The notes under the pieces were generated by a model. That model was given only the letters and a program-made list of their open reading frames with translations. It ran no database searches and had not been told where the DNA came from. Positions 37,118-46,307 of a stretch of 64,000 nucleotides of DNA are shown here, in pieces (positions within the stretch are counted from its first letter, which is position 1; every line of letters begins with the position of its first letter). A program made the translations under genes and the position numbers. Location: contig CAYPSJ010000020.1 of the NCBI GenBank assembly GCA_964413565.1, positions 2,947-66,946 of the forward strand. Direction: 5' to 3'. Source of the stretch: an uncultured Nitrosopumilales archaeon (GTDB lineage Archaea > Thermoproteota > Nitrososphaeria > Nitrososphaerales > Gagatemarchaeaceae).

Positions 37118-37492
37118 GTGGGCGACCTCATTACGAATCTCGCCTGGATTGCCTTCGGCGTTGGCACACTTGTTGGATTCACAATGATACTTCGATGGCG
37201 TCGAGACCTGAGTCAGAGCGGTTGGTGGACAGGGATTATCGTCGAAGGAACAAAGCTCGATGTAGGTGTCGACCATGATCTCTGTATGGGCGCCTCAAGC
37301 TGCGTTGAGTTAGCTCCAGATGTATTCCGCCTGGACTGGAGCAAGAAGAAATCGATCTTCGATCCAGCTCCACTTGAGGCGTTGAATGGCTCGAGTGCCG
37401 ACCCAGAGGAGGTCTTCAAGGCCGCGCAGTCCTGTCCCTACCGAGCGATATTCCTCCGAGACGCCGTGACCGGCGAGCACGTCTTCCCGTAG
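37118..37492 (+). CDS. membrane-anchored mono-cluster ferredoxin (probable [3Fe-4S] type)
   Basis: N-terminal TM (LAWIAFGVGTLVGFTMIL), then WWTG...DHDLCMGASSCVELAP...AAQSCPYRAIFLRD (CxxAxxC...CP). It is a close paralog of the C-terminal domain of 34631..35914. Confidence 0.7.
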   Translation: MGDLITNLAWIAFGVGTLVGFTMILRWRRDLSQSGWWTGIIVEGTKLDVGVDHDLCMGASSCVELAPDVFRLDWSKKKSIFDPAPLEALNGSSADPEEVFKAAQSCPYRAIFLRDAVTGEHVFP

Positions 37493-37679
37493 CCTGACAG
37501 TGGACGTGCGCCGCCTCGGGGGCGTACAGATTGACAGTCTCGAATGAGGCGCGCGACCTTTCACGCAGCGGCCGGGTCCCCCACGATGACGGGAGACTCC
37601 GTCAGGATTCGGGACAAACGATTAGTAGTAACTTGGTCCTCAACCTTTCGTGGGGGCTTCGCAGTTTCCCCCGTTTGGG

Positions 37680-38774
37680 ATGAGTTCAGGTCAATCCGAA
37701 GACGCGGATGTAGCCATCATTGGGGCGGGGATCGTCGGCCTCGCAATCGCATACCGTCTATCGAACCTTAACAAGCGTGTGCTTGTGATTGAAAAGGAAA
37801 CTGAACCCGGCAAGGGAATCACCTCCGGGCAGGCAAACGTCATCCACGTTGTCCAGCTCCCCTTTGGCTCTCTGAAGAGCAAGCTCGCCAGGAAGGGGAA
37901 CACCATGTATGACGACCTCTGCCGGGAGCTCGGGGTCAGACTGAACCGTGTCCCGTCACTCCTCGTGGTCAGGGGATGGCTCAGGCTACCAATCCTCTTC
38001 TTCGTCTACCTCTATCTTAGGTTCGCGCTTCGGGGGCAGTTCAAAGTCCAGTTGATGAGGGGCAGGAGCCTGCGAATGATCGAGCCGCTCCTGGCGGACG
38101 GAATTTCAGGAGGAATCGTCGTCAACGGGTACGGGACCGTCGACGCCCAATCATTGGTGCTCAGGCTGAAGGAAGCGGCCGAGAAGCGGGGAGTCGTCTT
38201 CTGGTTCGGCTGCGAACTCACCTCCTGCAGCCGGGAGGGAGAGAGCACCCTTCTGAAGACAACATGCGGGGACGTGAAGGCGATGTTTGTGGTGAACGCT
38301 GCAGGACTCTATTCAGATGACGTGGCTAGGATGCTTGGCAGGGACCTTGGGAGGCTCGAGCCCGGACTTGGCGTGATGGCAGTCTACTCTGGCCTTGACC
38401 TGAAAGCGATAGTCGCGCCGCTCCCTCTGAGCATCGGGTCGAGGACCAAGGGAGGCGCAATAATCCCCGCAACTGACGGCACGACAATCGTCGGTCCGAC
38501 ATTGAGGGTGGCCAGGACTAGGGATGAACACGAGTATACAGAAGAAGACCTGACGCTTCTCAGGTCCAAGTTCCGTCCCCTATTGAAAGAAGAGGGGGAG
38601 CTCGTCAGGGTCTACACGGGGGTACGGCCATTGTCCCCAACACGGGACTTTATCATAGATCTCGACGGCACCAAGAAGGCGGTCAACCTAGTGGGCATCG
38701 AGTCTCCCGGCCTCACAGCTGCCCCGGCGATTGCCGAATTGGTAGTCGGGATGATAACAGGGGTCAGCGCATGA
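37680..38774 (+). CDS. FAD-dependent oxidoreductase (glycerol-3-phosphate dehydrogenase / L-2-hydroxyglutarate oxidase-like, DAO family)
   Basis: DVAIIGAGIVGLAIAYRLS dinucleotide-binding motif and IESPGLTAAPAIA near the C-terminus. Start is ATG 37680 or GTG 37650. Confidence 0.7.
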   Translation: MSSGQSEDADVAIIGAGIVGLAIAYRLSNLNKRVLVIEKETEPGKGITSGQANVIHVVQLPFGSLKSKLARKGNTMYDDLCRELGVRLNRVPSLLVVRGWLRLPILFFVYLYLRFALRGQFKVQLMRGRSLRMIEPLLADGISGGIVVNGYGTVDAQSLVLRLKEAAEKRGVVFWFGCELTSCSREGESTLLKTTCGDVKAMFVVNAAGLYSDDVARMLGRDLGRLEPGLGVMAVYSGLDLKAIVAPLPLSIGSRTKGGAIIPATDGTTIVGPTLRVARTRDEHEYTEEDLTLLRSKFRPLLKEEGELVRVYTGVRPLSPTRDFIIDLDGTKKAVNLVGIESPGLTAAPAIAELVVGMITGVSA

Positions 38775-40159
38775 GCGAAGTGCTCTACGCCTGCGTCGAT
38801 GTGGGCACCACCCGAATCAAGCTCAGCATCTTCGATGAGGACATGCAGAAGAAGCACGGCGAAGCCCTTACTGTTCCAGTGAACCCCAGCGGCCTCCAGG
38901 ACGCGGAAGAGCTCTTCCGGGCTGTGAAGCACCTCGCGGACAAGGGTAAGGAGATGGGTGCCAGATCTATGGGTCTGGCGACCTACAGGGGGTCTACCGT
39001 TGCCTGGGACAGGGAGGGGAAGCCACTCACTCCCATCGTGACCTGGACGGACAGAGGGGGAGAGTCAACCTACCGGCGTCTTCCGGCGTACATGAAGCTG
39101 GTCGGAAAGATACCGCCCTTCGACATGATAATCTCCCCCTACTCTCCAGTCCTGAGGTTCCTGAGGCTCGGGGAGCTGAACAAATCGCTCGACGAGAAGA
39201 GCATGCTCTGGACCATCGACTCCTACCTCGCCTACAGGCTCACGGGGAAGTTCGTCTCCGATGTCACCAACGCGTGCCTCACCGGATTCGTTCACCCCAA
39301 GACGATAAAGGAAATCGGGCCGGTGAAGCCCCTCTTCAAACTGAAAATGGAGATCCCTGAACTGGTGGAGAACGCGGAGAACATCGGGTCATACAGCGGG
39401 TTGGAGGTCAACGCTCTCATCGCAGACCAGCAGGCCGCGAGCGTGGGGGAGTGGGCCGTCGAACCGGGGATGGGCAAGGTAACGAACTCGACAGGAACCT
39501 TCGTCGACATACCGACGGACGGCTACGCTCGCAGAGGGGACTTGATACCCCTGGTGCTTCTCAAACACAAGAGGAAGGTATGGTACGGGGTCGAAGGGTA
39601 TCTTCCCACCACCGGGAAGGCGGTCGACCTGACGCTGAAAATGGGACTGCTGAAGGACTATTCCGACCTAGAGGTCGAGCCGGCCGGCGAGGTCATCTTC
39701 ATCCCCGCGCTGAGCGGCCTCTATACGCCCCACGCCATGGGCGCGAAGGGGCTCATAGCCGGTCTCACTCTGTGGTCCGACAAAGCCGCAGTTGTATCGG
39801 GGCTCCTGAAGTCGGTGGCCTTCCATGTCAGATTCGTCTTGGAGCAATCTGGAGAAAGCCTGAAGACCCTCAGGGCTGACGGAGGCCTCTCCAAGTCCGA
39901 CGCTCTGTTGAAGATGATTTCTGCGGCAACGGGGACCACGCTGGAGAGGGATACGGACCTGGAAGCGACGTCCAGGGGAGTCGCGATGCTCCAGCTGGCC
40001 GCCACTGGAAAATCCTCCCTAGAGGAACTTGCGAAAGCCAAAAGGGAAAGGGAGGCTTTTAGTCAGAAGGGAAACGCGGCACTAGAGGAAGAGTACCAGA
40101 AATGGAAGAAAACGACAGGATTGCTGAAGAGCTCGAAGGGGTCTTACCTGGCCGAGTGA
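38771..40159 (+). CDS. FGGY-family carbohydrate kinase (glycerol kinase-like)
   Basis: VDVGTTRIKLSIFD, RGSTVAWDREGKPLTPIVTWTDRG, ADQQAA, RADGGLSKSD. ATGA overlap with the upstream gene. Confidence 0.75.
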   Translation: MSEVLYACVDVGTTRIKLSIFDEDMQKKHGEALTVPVNPSGLQDAEELFRAVKHLADKGKEMGARSMGLATYRGSTVAWDREGKPLTPIVTWTDRGGESTYRRLPAYMKLVGKIPPFDMIISPYSPVLRFLRLGELNKSLDEKSMLWTIDSYLAYRLTGKFVSDVTNACLTGFVHPKTIKEIGPVKPLFKLKMEIPELVENAENIGSYSGLEVNALIADQQAASVGEWAVEPGMGKVTNSTGTFVDIPTDGYARRGDLIPLVLLKHKRKVWYGVEGYLPTTGKAVDLTLKMGLLKDYSDLEVEPAGEVIFIPALSGLYTPHAMGAKGLIAGLTLWSDKAAVVSGLLKSVAFHVRFVLEQSGESLKTLRADGGLSKSDALLKMISAATGTTLERDTDLEATSRGVAMLQLAATGKSSLEELAKAKREREAFSQKGNAALEEEYQKWKKTTGLLKSSKGSYLAE

Positions 40160-41454
40160 CCAGAGACGTAGGGCCCTACCTGAAGGACTGGTGGCCCCTC
40201 ACCTGGTTCAGCGAAGAGCCCCTCGGTAGCGCCATAGCCGCGGTGAAGCCAACGAACGTCGATCAGGTCACGGCCTTGGTCAACTTCGCGTCAGCCCACG
40301 GCGTACCTCTCTATGTCCATGGTGGAGGGAGCTCTGTGACCGGGGCCTCGATCCCCACCAAGGGGATAGTGGTCGACATGCAAGGAATGAACCAGGTGCT
40401 CGACCTTGACGAGACGAACAGGACGGTGACTGTCCAGGCCGGGGCAAAGCTCAAGCAGGTGGAGGCGAAGCTTGGAGAGAAGGGACTGTCGCTCTTCCAG
40501 TTCCCCCAATCGCTAGAGCTTGTCACGGTCGGAGGCTACATCTCGACCCTAGGGACGGGGCAGTACAGCACTCTCTACGGCGGAATCGAAGACTCGGTCC
40601 TCAGATTGGAGGTCGTCCTCCCTACCGGGGAGGTCGTCTGGACACGCAAGCGTGGGGCGCCTAGGTCTTCCGTGGGACCCGACCTGAGCAGGCTCTTCCT
40701 CGGTGCGGAAGGAACCCTCGGCATCATCACAGCAGCTGAGCTCAAGGTCCACAGGCTCCCGAACCACGAGTGGAGGGCTGCCTACACCCTCCCCAACTTC
40801 GAATCAGGAGTCGCAATAGCCAAGCTCCTCATGGAGCTGGATGTGAAGCCCGCAGTTTGCAGGCTCTACAACGAAGTCGAGACGGCCTTCCAGTTCCAGG
40901 GGGACAAGCCTATCATGATGCTGATCTACCATGCAAGGTCATCGCAGATTCTCGAAGAAATCAAGGAGGAGGTATCCGGCCAGCTGCAAGGGACCGCCAC
41001 CGTCGCCGACCCGGCCCTGGTCGGCAAATGGCTAGAGAGGAGATTCAACTTCAGGGACGACATCGAGACCGTGAAGAAGATGGGGTACACCCTGGAGACG
41101 ATAGAAGTCGCAGCGAAGTGGAGCAGAATTGTGGAGATGTACGCGGACGTCATGATCAGCCTGTCCAATGTCAAGGGTGTCGCAGGCGTAGGGGCACACC
41201 TCTCGCACATCTACGATCAGGGTGCTTGTCTCTATCTTACCATCCTTTTCGAGCCCAACACTGACGTATACTGGAGCATATGGGAAACGATGGCCAAGAT
41301 AACGAGCACTCACGATGCAACAATCTCCCACCACCATGGCGTTGGCATCCTCAAGCGGGCCTATGCTCGCGATGAGGTCCCCATGGGGCTCCTCAAGAAG
41401 CTCAAACAGGCTTTGGACCCGAAGGGGACCATAAGCCCCGACAGATTGCTATAG
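40102..41454 (+). CDS. FAD-linked oxidase (GlcD / D-lactate dehydrogenase / alkyl-DHAP synthase-like)
   Basis: PTNVDQVTALVNFA...VHGGGSSVTG FAD_binding_4 motif and C-terminal HHHGVG. The ATG at 40102 gives a 58-nt overlap with the kinase; the alternative GTG at 40156 gives a GTGA overlap. Confidence 0.75.
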   Translation: MEENDRIAEELEGVLPGRVTRDVGPYLKDWWPLTWFSEEPLGSAIAAVKPTNVDQVTALVNFASAHGVPLYVHGGGSSVTGASIPTKGIVVDMQGMNQVLDLDETNRTVTVQAGAKLKQVEAKLGEKGLSLFQFPQSLELVTVGGYISTLGTGQYSTLYGGIEDSVLRLEVVLPTGEVVWTRKRGAPRSSVGPDLSRLFLGAEGTLGIITAAELKVHRLPNHEWRAAYTLPNFESGVAIAKLLMELDVKPAVCRLYNEVETAFQFQGDKPIMMLIYHARSSQILEEIKEEVSGQLQGTATVADPALVGKWLERRFNFRDDIETVKKMGYTLETIEVAAKWSRIVEMYADVMISLSNVKGVAGVGAHLSHIYDQGACLYLTILFEPNTDVYWSIWETMAKITSTHDATISHHHGVGILKRAYARDEVPMGLLKKLKQALDPKGTISPDRLL

Positions 41455-41695
41455 GCAAGCCAAATCCAACATGCGCACTGGGATTAGCACACGTTAGTTC
41501 AACGGTCAGCTCCGAGATTTGGAAGTATGCATATGAACCGAGATGGGCGCAATGGCATGCAGACCGGGGCAGAGTGGGACTCGGTATGGGTAAGGCCACG
41601 AACAGCGTAGCAGAGCGATCTGGAAGGTTGATTTCGACCAGCAATATTCCACTGCCGCGCTTCCGAGCCCACGCCCAGTCAACGCCAGGCTGGCT

Positions 41696-42328
41696 CTACT
41701 CGTGCACGTACCCTTCTCTTATTTTGCGCAGGGCCTCCTTTCCCAGCCCAGAAACGCCACCGACCTGTTGTCCGGCAAGGTAGATCTTTGCGCTCTCCTC
41801 TAGGACCTCCAGTCGCGAAGCCGCTTCATGGAGGTCGCCCCCCAGAGAGAAGAACCCATGGTTCCGAATGCCCACTACGTCGCACAGCTTCAGCGCCCCT
41901 CTGACCGCCTTCGCTCCCTCCTCGCCAGGGGGAGCGAAGTCAACCACCTTGAGCCTTCTGACCATGACGGCGTGCTCCGGCGTCATTACGGGAATCGGTA
42001 CGCCGGCGGTGATGAGAGCGACCGCCGTCGGCGGGTGTCCGTGGACCACCGCCTTCACATCTTTCCTCATCCTATAGGCCTCCAGATGGGTCGCGAGCTC
42101 GCTCGAAGGATTTCCCCCGCTGACGACCCTCCCCTGCAGGTTCACCCTCACGAGGTCCCCTTCGGCCACTCCTCCTTTGAAATACTTGGAGGGCGTAATC
42201 AGGATCTCCTTCCCTGACGGAAGAAGGACACTTGCGTTGCCACCAACCCCTGAGACAAGCCCTCTCTCGTACAGCCTCCTGATCGTGTGGGCGAGGTCAT
42301 TTTCGAGCCTCGCCGTCTCTTCCTTCAT
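41696..42328 (-). CDS. class II aldolase/adducin-domain protein (L-fuculose-1-phosphate aldolase / L-ribulose-5-phosphate 4-epimerase-like)
   Basis: GVGGNASV, SSELATHLEAY, AVVHGHPP. Confidence 0.8.
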   Translation of the reverse strand: MKEETARLENDLAHTIRRLYERGLVSGVGGNASVLLPSGKEILITPSKYFKGGVAEGDLVRVNLQGRVVSGGNPSSELATHLEAYRMRKDVKAVVHGHPPTAVALITAGVPIPVMTPEHAVMVRRLKVVDFAPPGEEGAKAVRGALKLCDVVGIRNHGFFSLGGDLHEAASRLEVLEESAKIYLAGQQVGGVSGLGKEALRKIREGYVHE

Positions 42329-42873
42329 TTCAGCTCGTCCAAGGCTTCCATGTACGTCTTGAAATCATTCTCGGTGTATAAGATGAACGTCACTTCCGCC
42401 GGTCCCCCCTCGCTCTCCAAGTAGCTCTTTACCGCCTTCAGGGCCACCCTGCTTGCTTCACGAATCGGGTACCCATACGCCCCTGTACTTATCGAGGGAA
42501 AGGCCACGGTCCTCAGCCCCTTCTGTGCAGCGATCCCGAGCGAGCTGGAATAGCATTCAGCTAGGGCTACAGGCTCGCCGCTCCATCCCCCCGACCATAC
42601 AGGACCCACCGTATGGATGACGTGCCTGGCCTTCATTGAACCCCCCGTGGTTATCACCGCCTTCCCCGCTGGGAGCCCGCCGGGCCACTCTTCCCGTCGA
42701 ATCCGTTTGCACTCATCGAGTATCGCCGGCCCTCCCCGCCTGTGTATCGCCCCGTCAACCCCGCCTCCGCCCATCAGGCTTGAATTGGCAGCGTTAACCA
42801 CAGCATCCACGTCCTGGTCGGTGATGTCTCCCTGAACGAGCCTGATTCTAGTCCTCCCCCATATGGCCGACAT
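42325..42873 (-). CDS. macro-domain protein (O-acetyl-ADP-ribose deacetylase, YmdB-like)
   Basis: LVQGDITDQDVDAVVNAANSSLMGGGGVDGAIH and AFPSISTGAYGYP. Start taken at the second ATG, 42873. ATGA overlap with the aldolase start. Confidence 0.8.
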   Translation of the reverse strand: MSAIWGRTRIRLVQGDITDQDVDAVVNAANSSLMGGGGVDGAIHRRGGPAILDECKRIRREEWPGGLPAGKAVITTGGSMKARHVIHTVGPVWSGGWSGEPVALAECYSSSLGIAAQKGLRTVAFPSISTGAYGYPIREASRVALKAVKSYLESEGGPAEVTFILYTENDFKTYMEALDELK

Positions 42874-42984
42874 CTGCCCTCCCTTCCCGGCCCGCCACCT
42901 AATCAAATTGCGCCGGGTTCTGCGCGCGCCGAACCCTCCCGTCCTGCTTAACTAGAGTGGCCACAGCTGGAGGCGCCGAACGTC

Positions 42985-44022
42985 TTGCGCCCCGCACGCG
43001 ACGAGCTGTTCGACTGGATTCTCAGCCTGGGGCCCACTTCGAAATACAACCTCACCGCAAGTGGTCTCACAGAGCCTGTCCTGCAGGCCATGGGTATCGA
43101 CACGTCCTTCGAGAAGTTCGCGGCCGAGAAAGACGAGCACGAGAGGATACTCGTGGACGAGGTGGCCCGGCTTTACGGCGTCGAGCCCGAGAACGTCACA
43201 CTCACCAATGGGGGATCTGAGGCAATCTTCCTGGCGTACTCCGTCCTTGGCGCGGGAGGGATGGCGGCTGTTCCGCTTCCCAACTACCCCCCGATGTTCA
43301 CCGTGCCCAGGTCTCTTGGAATGAAGGTGCAGGGGTCGCCGACTGCGAAGACGTTGGCTCGCGGGTCAGTGTTCGGCCTGACCAATCCCAACAACCCCAC
43401 CGGAAGGAGCTTACACGAGGGTGCGGTAGAAACGCTGGTAGGTTCCGCGAAAAAGTCCGGCGCCACCATCTACGTTAACGAAACATACAGGGAGTTCACA
43501 TTCCAGAAAAGCCCCGACACTGACTTCGGGCTGGCCAGCAACGTCGTCACCAGCAACACGATGACGAAATTCTTCGGGCTCGGCCGACTAAGAGTGGGAT
43601 GGATCCTGGCAGACAAGATGAAGTCGCGCAAGCTGCTTTATGCCAAATGGGCCGTCAGCGGCCATGATTCGTCCTACTCGCTGTGGGTAGCCACCCAGGT
43701 GCTCAGGCAGAGGCCGAGGTTCGTCGAGCGGGCGCGTCAGGTTTACTCCCGGAACGTGAGGCTCGTCCGCAGATTCCTGGAGGAGACAGAAGGGGTGTCA
43801 GCGGAGCTCGGCGTGGCGCCCTTCTGCCTGGTTCGTTACAAGGGGAGACCTCACTCCGTCGCCTTCACCCGCGAGATACTGGGCAAGACGGGTGTCCTCG
43901 TCTCGCCTGGCGACTTCTTCGGAGCCCCTGGGGCGTTCAGGTTGTGCTTTACCACTGACGAGGAGTCGCTCAGACACGGCCTGACAGTCCTTTCGGAATT
44001 TTTCAAAAAGCGGTCATCTTAA
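42985..44022 (+). CDS. class I/II PLP-dependent aminotransferase (histidinol-phosphate/threonine-phosphate decarboxylase-like)
   Basis: TNPNNPTG, YVNETYREF, TMTKFFGLGRLRVGW (Lys in the expected context). Non-ATG start. Confidence 0.65.
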   Translation: MRPARDELFDWILSLGPTSKYNLTASGLTEPVLQAMGIDTSFEKFAAEKDEHERILVDEVARLYGVEPENVTLTNGGSEAIFLAYSVLGAGGMAAVPLPNYPPMFTVPRSLGMKVQGSPTAKTLARGSVFGLTNPNNPTGRSLHEGAVETLVGSAKKSGATIYVNETYREFTFQKSPDTDFGLASNVVTSNTMTKFFGLGRLRVGWILADKMKSRKLLYAKWAVSGHDSSYSLWVATQVLRQRPRFVERARQVYSRNVRLVRRFLEETEGVSAELGVAPFCLVRYKGRPHSVAFTREILGKTGVLVSPGDFFGAPGAFRLCFTTDEESLRHGLTVLSEFFKKRSS

Positions 44023-44051
44023 AGCACGCCGGCTCCTGACTGATTCCCGTC

Positions 44052-44482
44052 ATGTCGGTAAAACCGCTCCCCGATTCCGTCAAGACTCTCATAGAAGAGA
44101 GGACCTTCGCCAATCTCGCCACACTCAAGCCCGACGGGTCCCCCCATGTAGCTCAGACCTGGGTCGACCATGAGGGAGACTTGGTCCTGATCAACACCAT
44201 CGAAGGGAGCCAGAAGCACAAGAACGCAGCCAGGGATCCCAGGGTCGCTCTAACGATCATCGATCCGAAGAACGAGTACCACATGGCGATTATTCGGGGC
44301 GCGTGAAGGAGATTACGCTCGATGGAGCGGAGGAACACATAGACAAAATGTCAATGAAATATCTTGGCCAGCCCAAGTACCAGAGGTATGGTCCTAGCAG
44401 GCGAATCCTAATCAAAATCGAAGCAACCCGAGTGATTCCGCCTTGGACGGACACCCATCCCCGAGGAAACAAAAGAAGGTAG
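44052..44482 (+). pseudogene. pyridoxamine 5'-phosphate oxidase-family (PPOX/F420-dependent class) gene interrupted by a 1-nt frameshift
   Basis: Frame 1 (44052..44306) gives the N-terminal 84 aa (FANLATLKPDGSPHVAQTWV...). The family-typical C-terminus (VKEITLDGAEEHIDKMSMKYLGQPKYQ...RILIKIEATRVI) continues in the -1 frame to TAG 44480..44482. The junction is at the G run 44296..44299. Confidence 0.65.
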
Positions 44483-44581
44483 AAGCCAGCCCCAGTCAGC
44501 CATTCCTCCAGGCCCCGGGCGGGGTCGTGGTACGGCATTGAGCGGTTATCTTAAAGCAGGTATGCTTCCTCGAATCTGACT

Positions 44582-44956
44582 ATGTCGGTGAAGAACGCAG
44601 GCAAAGTGAAGCCACAGAAGGTCGACAGGGCGGTCAGAACGGAGATCGAGTGGCTGGTCGACAGGCACGACGGCGCCCCCAACTTCGAGATGCGCAGGTT
44701 CACAATCAAGCCTGGAGGGAGCATCCCCGAGCACTTCCATCCTGACATCGAGCACGAACAGTACGTCCTCAAGGGGAAGTACAGGGTGGGCCTCGGGAAC
44801 AAGGTCTACGAAGTGAAGGCAGGAGACTCGATCTATATCCCTCCAGGAACCCACCACTGGTACAAGAACAGCGGAAAAGAGACCGCGGAGTTCTTGTGCA
44901 TCATTCCAAAGGTCAAGAAGTACGATTCAATCTACGTAGAAGAGGGCAGGAAGTAA
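44582..44956 (+). CDS. cupin-domain protein
   Basis: GGSIPEHFHPDIEHEQYVLKG...GDSIYIPPGTHHWYKN (cupin motifs 1 and 2). Confidence 0.7.
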   Translation: MSVKNAGKVKPQKVDRAVRTEIEWLVDRHDGAPNFEMRRFTIKPGGSIPEHFHPDIEHEQYVLKGKYRVGLGNKVYEVKAGDSIYIPPGTHHWYKNSGKETAEFLCIIPKVKKYDSIYVEEGRK

Positions 44957-44971
44957 GAGCGGCCAGTGCCG

Positions 44972-46213
44972 CTATCTCTGACGCATCAGCCAGGCTATTC
45001 CCCCATACTGCACCACGTATGCCAGAAAGGCTCCCGCGCAGAGCAAACTGCAAACCGTGAACAGAGCCGGGAAACCATATTCCATCGAAAAGTAACCGCC
45101 CAGGAACCCTCCCGCTGCGTTCCCGAGGCCGACTAATGCTCCGTAGAACCCTGCCTGACCCACTTTCGCGGTTTCCAAGTAGGCGAATGTGCTTGATACA
45201 TCGAAGAGGGACCAGAGGACTTCCAGCACTGCGAGAACGATGGCGGCGGCCGCCAGCCCCGGGGATGCCCCCATTGCAGCCAGGAGCAGCAGGGGAAGCA
45301 CCATCACTCTCGAGAAGGAAGACAGTAAAAGGTTCGACACAGCGTTCTTGAGCACACGTCCAACCAGCAGGTAGCCCAGCGCCCCGGCGAGCGAGCCTGC
45401 GAAGAAGACGAAGAACACCGCTTGGGACGGGTAGAACTGCAGGAAGTAGGCTGGCAGGGGTGAATAGAAGGCAGACCCTGCAAGGGAGAAGGAGAGTATG
45501 CCCACCAAGAGGAACTTCGTTGACCTATTCAATACGCTCATAATGTCGCTGCGCGGCGCGCCCGCGGATGACAGCCTGGGGTATCCCGCGTATTCTGACA
45601 CCGCCATTATGGTCCCAACGGAGCGCTCCAGTGAGACGAGCCTCCTCTGTATCATAATACCGGGCTCCTGGGCGAGGACGCTCAGGGCTCCAGCGGATCC
45701 AAAGCATAGCAGCCCACACATGAGGAACAACTCACCGAAGCCGAGACTAACGACAACGGCGGTGCCGAGCCCCATTCCAATTGTCTCTCCCATGGCCGTG
45801 AGGAACGACATGTTCGCCAGGCCCTTCTGCCAGCCGTCCCGATTCTCAGACTCGACCGTGAGCAGCTGCCTTGCAGGGAGGGTCGCGGCATAGAACACGG
45901 ACTTCAGCGATACGATAACGAGCAACTCCCCAACGTTCGACGCCATGGAGATCGACGCCATGCACGCTCCAAACCCGATGAACCCGAAGACGAGGAAGGG
46001 CTTGCACCTCCCCGTCGAGTCAACTAGTCTCCCCCAAACTGCCTGTGAGGGTATCAGGGCGAGGGCGGCCACCCCCGTTACAAGCCCGACGTCGATGAGG
46101 CTCCCGTGAAGGACCTGGATGAGATAGAAGAGGACAAGTATGTTCGTGAGCCCATTGGCTACAGACTGAGGTACAAGCCCGAACTTCCAAATGGTAGTGC
46201 CGGAGAGGGCCAT
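44972..46213 (-). CDS. MFS transporter
   Basis: 413 aa, about 12 TM, with GRLVDSTGR in the loop 2-3 position. Confidence 0.65.
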   Translation of the reverse strand: MALSGTTIWKFGLVPQSVANGLTNILVLFYLIQVLHGSLIDVGLVTGVAALALIPSQAVWGRLVDSTGRCKPFLVFGFIGFGACMASISMASNVGELLVIVSLKSVFYAATLPARQLLTVESENRDGWQKGLANMSFLTAMGETIGMGLGTAVVVSLGFGELFLMCGLLCFGSAGALSVLAQEPGIMIQRRLVSLERSVGTIMAVSEYAGYPRLSSAGAPRSDIMSVLNRSTKFLLVGILSFSLAGSAFYSPLPAYFLQFYPSQAVFFVFFAGSLAGALGYLLVGRVLKNAVSNLLLSSFSRVMVLPLLLLAAMGASPGLAAAAIVLAVLEVLWSLFDVSSTFAYLETAKVGQAGFYGALVGLGNAAGGFLGGYFSMEYGFPALFTVCSLLCAGAFLAYVVQYGGIAWLMRQR

Positions 46214-46307
46214 CCCCCACTAGACGACAGCCGGGCTCAATAGAGACAGAATCTAAAACAATTGCCCGTCAGGTAAAGACGAATTTCCGGCCTGACTAAC
46301 CAAGGAG

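Noticed and set aside
41455-41695. 241-nt gene-free spacer between convergent genes, considered as a possible ncRNA or small gene
   Set aside because: I could find no recognisable RNA motif (tRNA arms, C/D boxes, riboswitch cores). The two ORFs in it (41402..41644 and 41574..41783) have implausible compositions. It is left unannotated.
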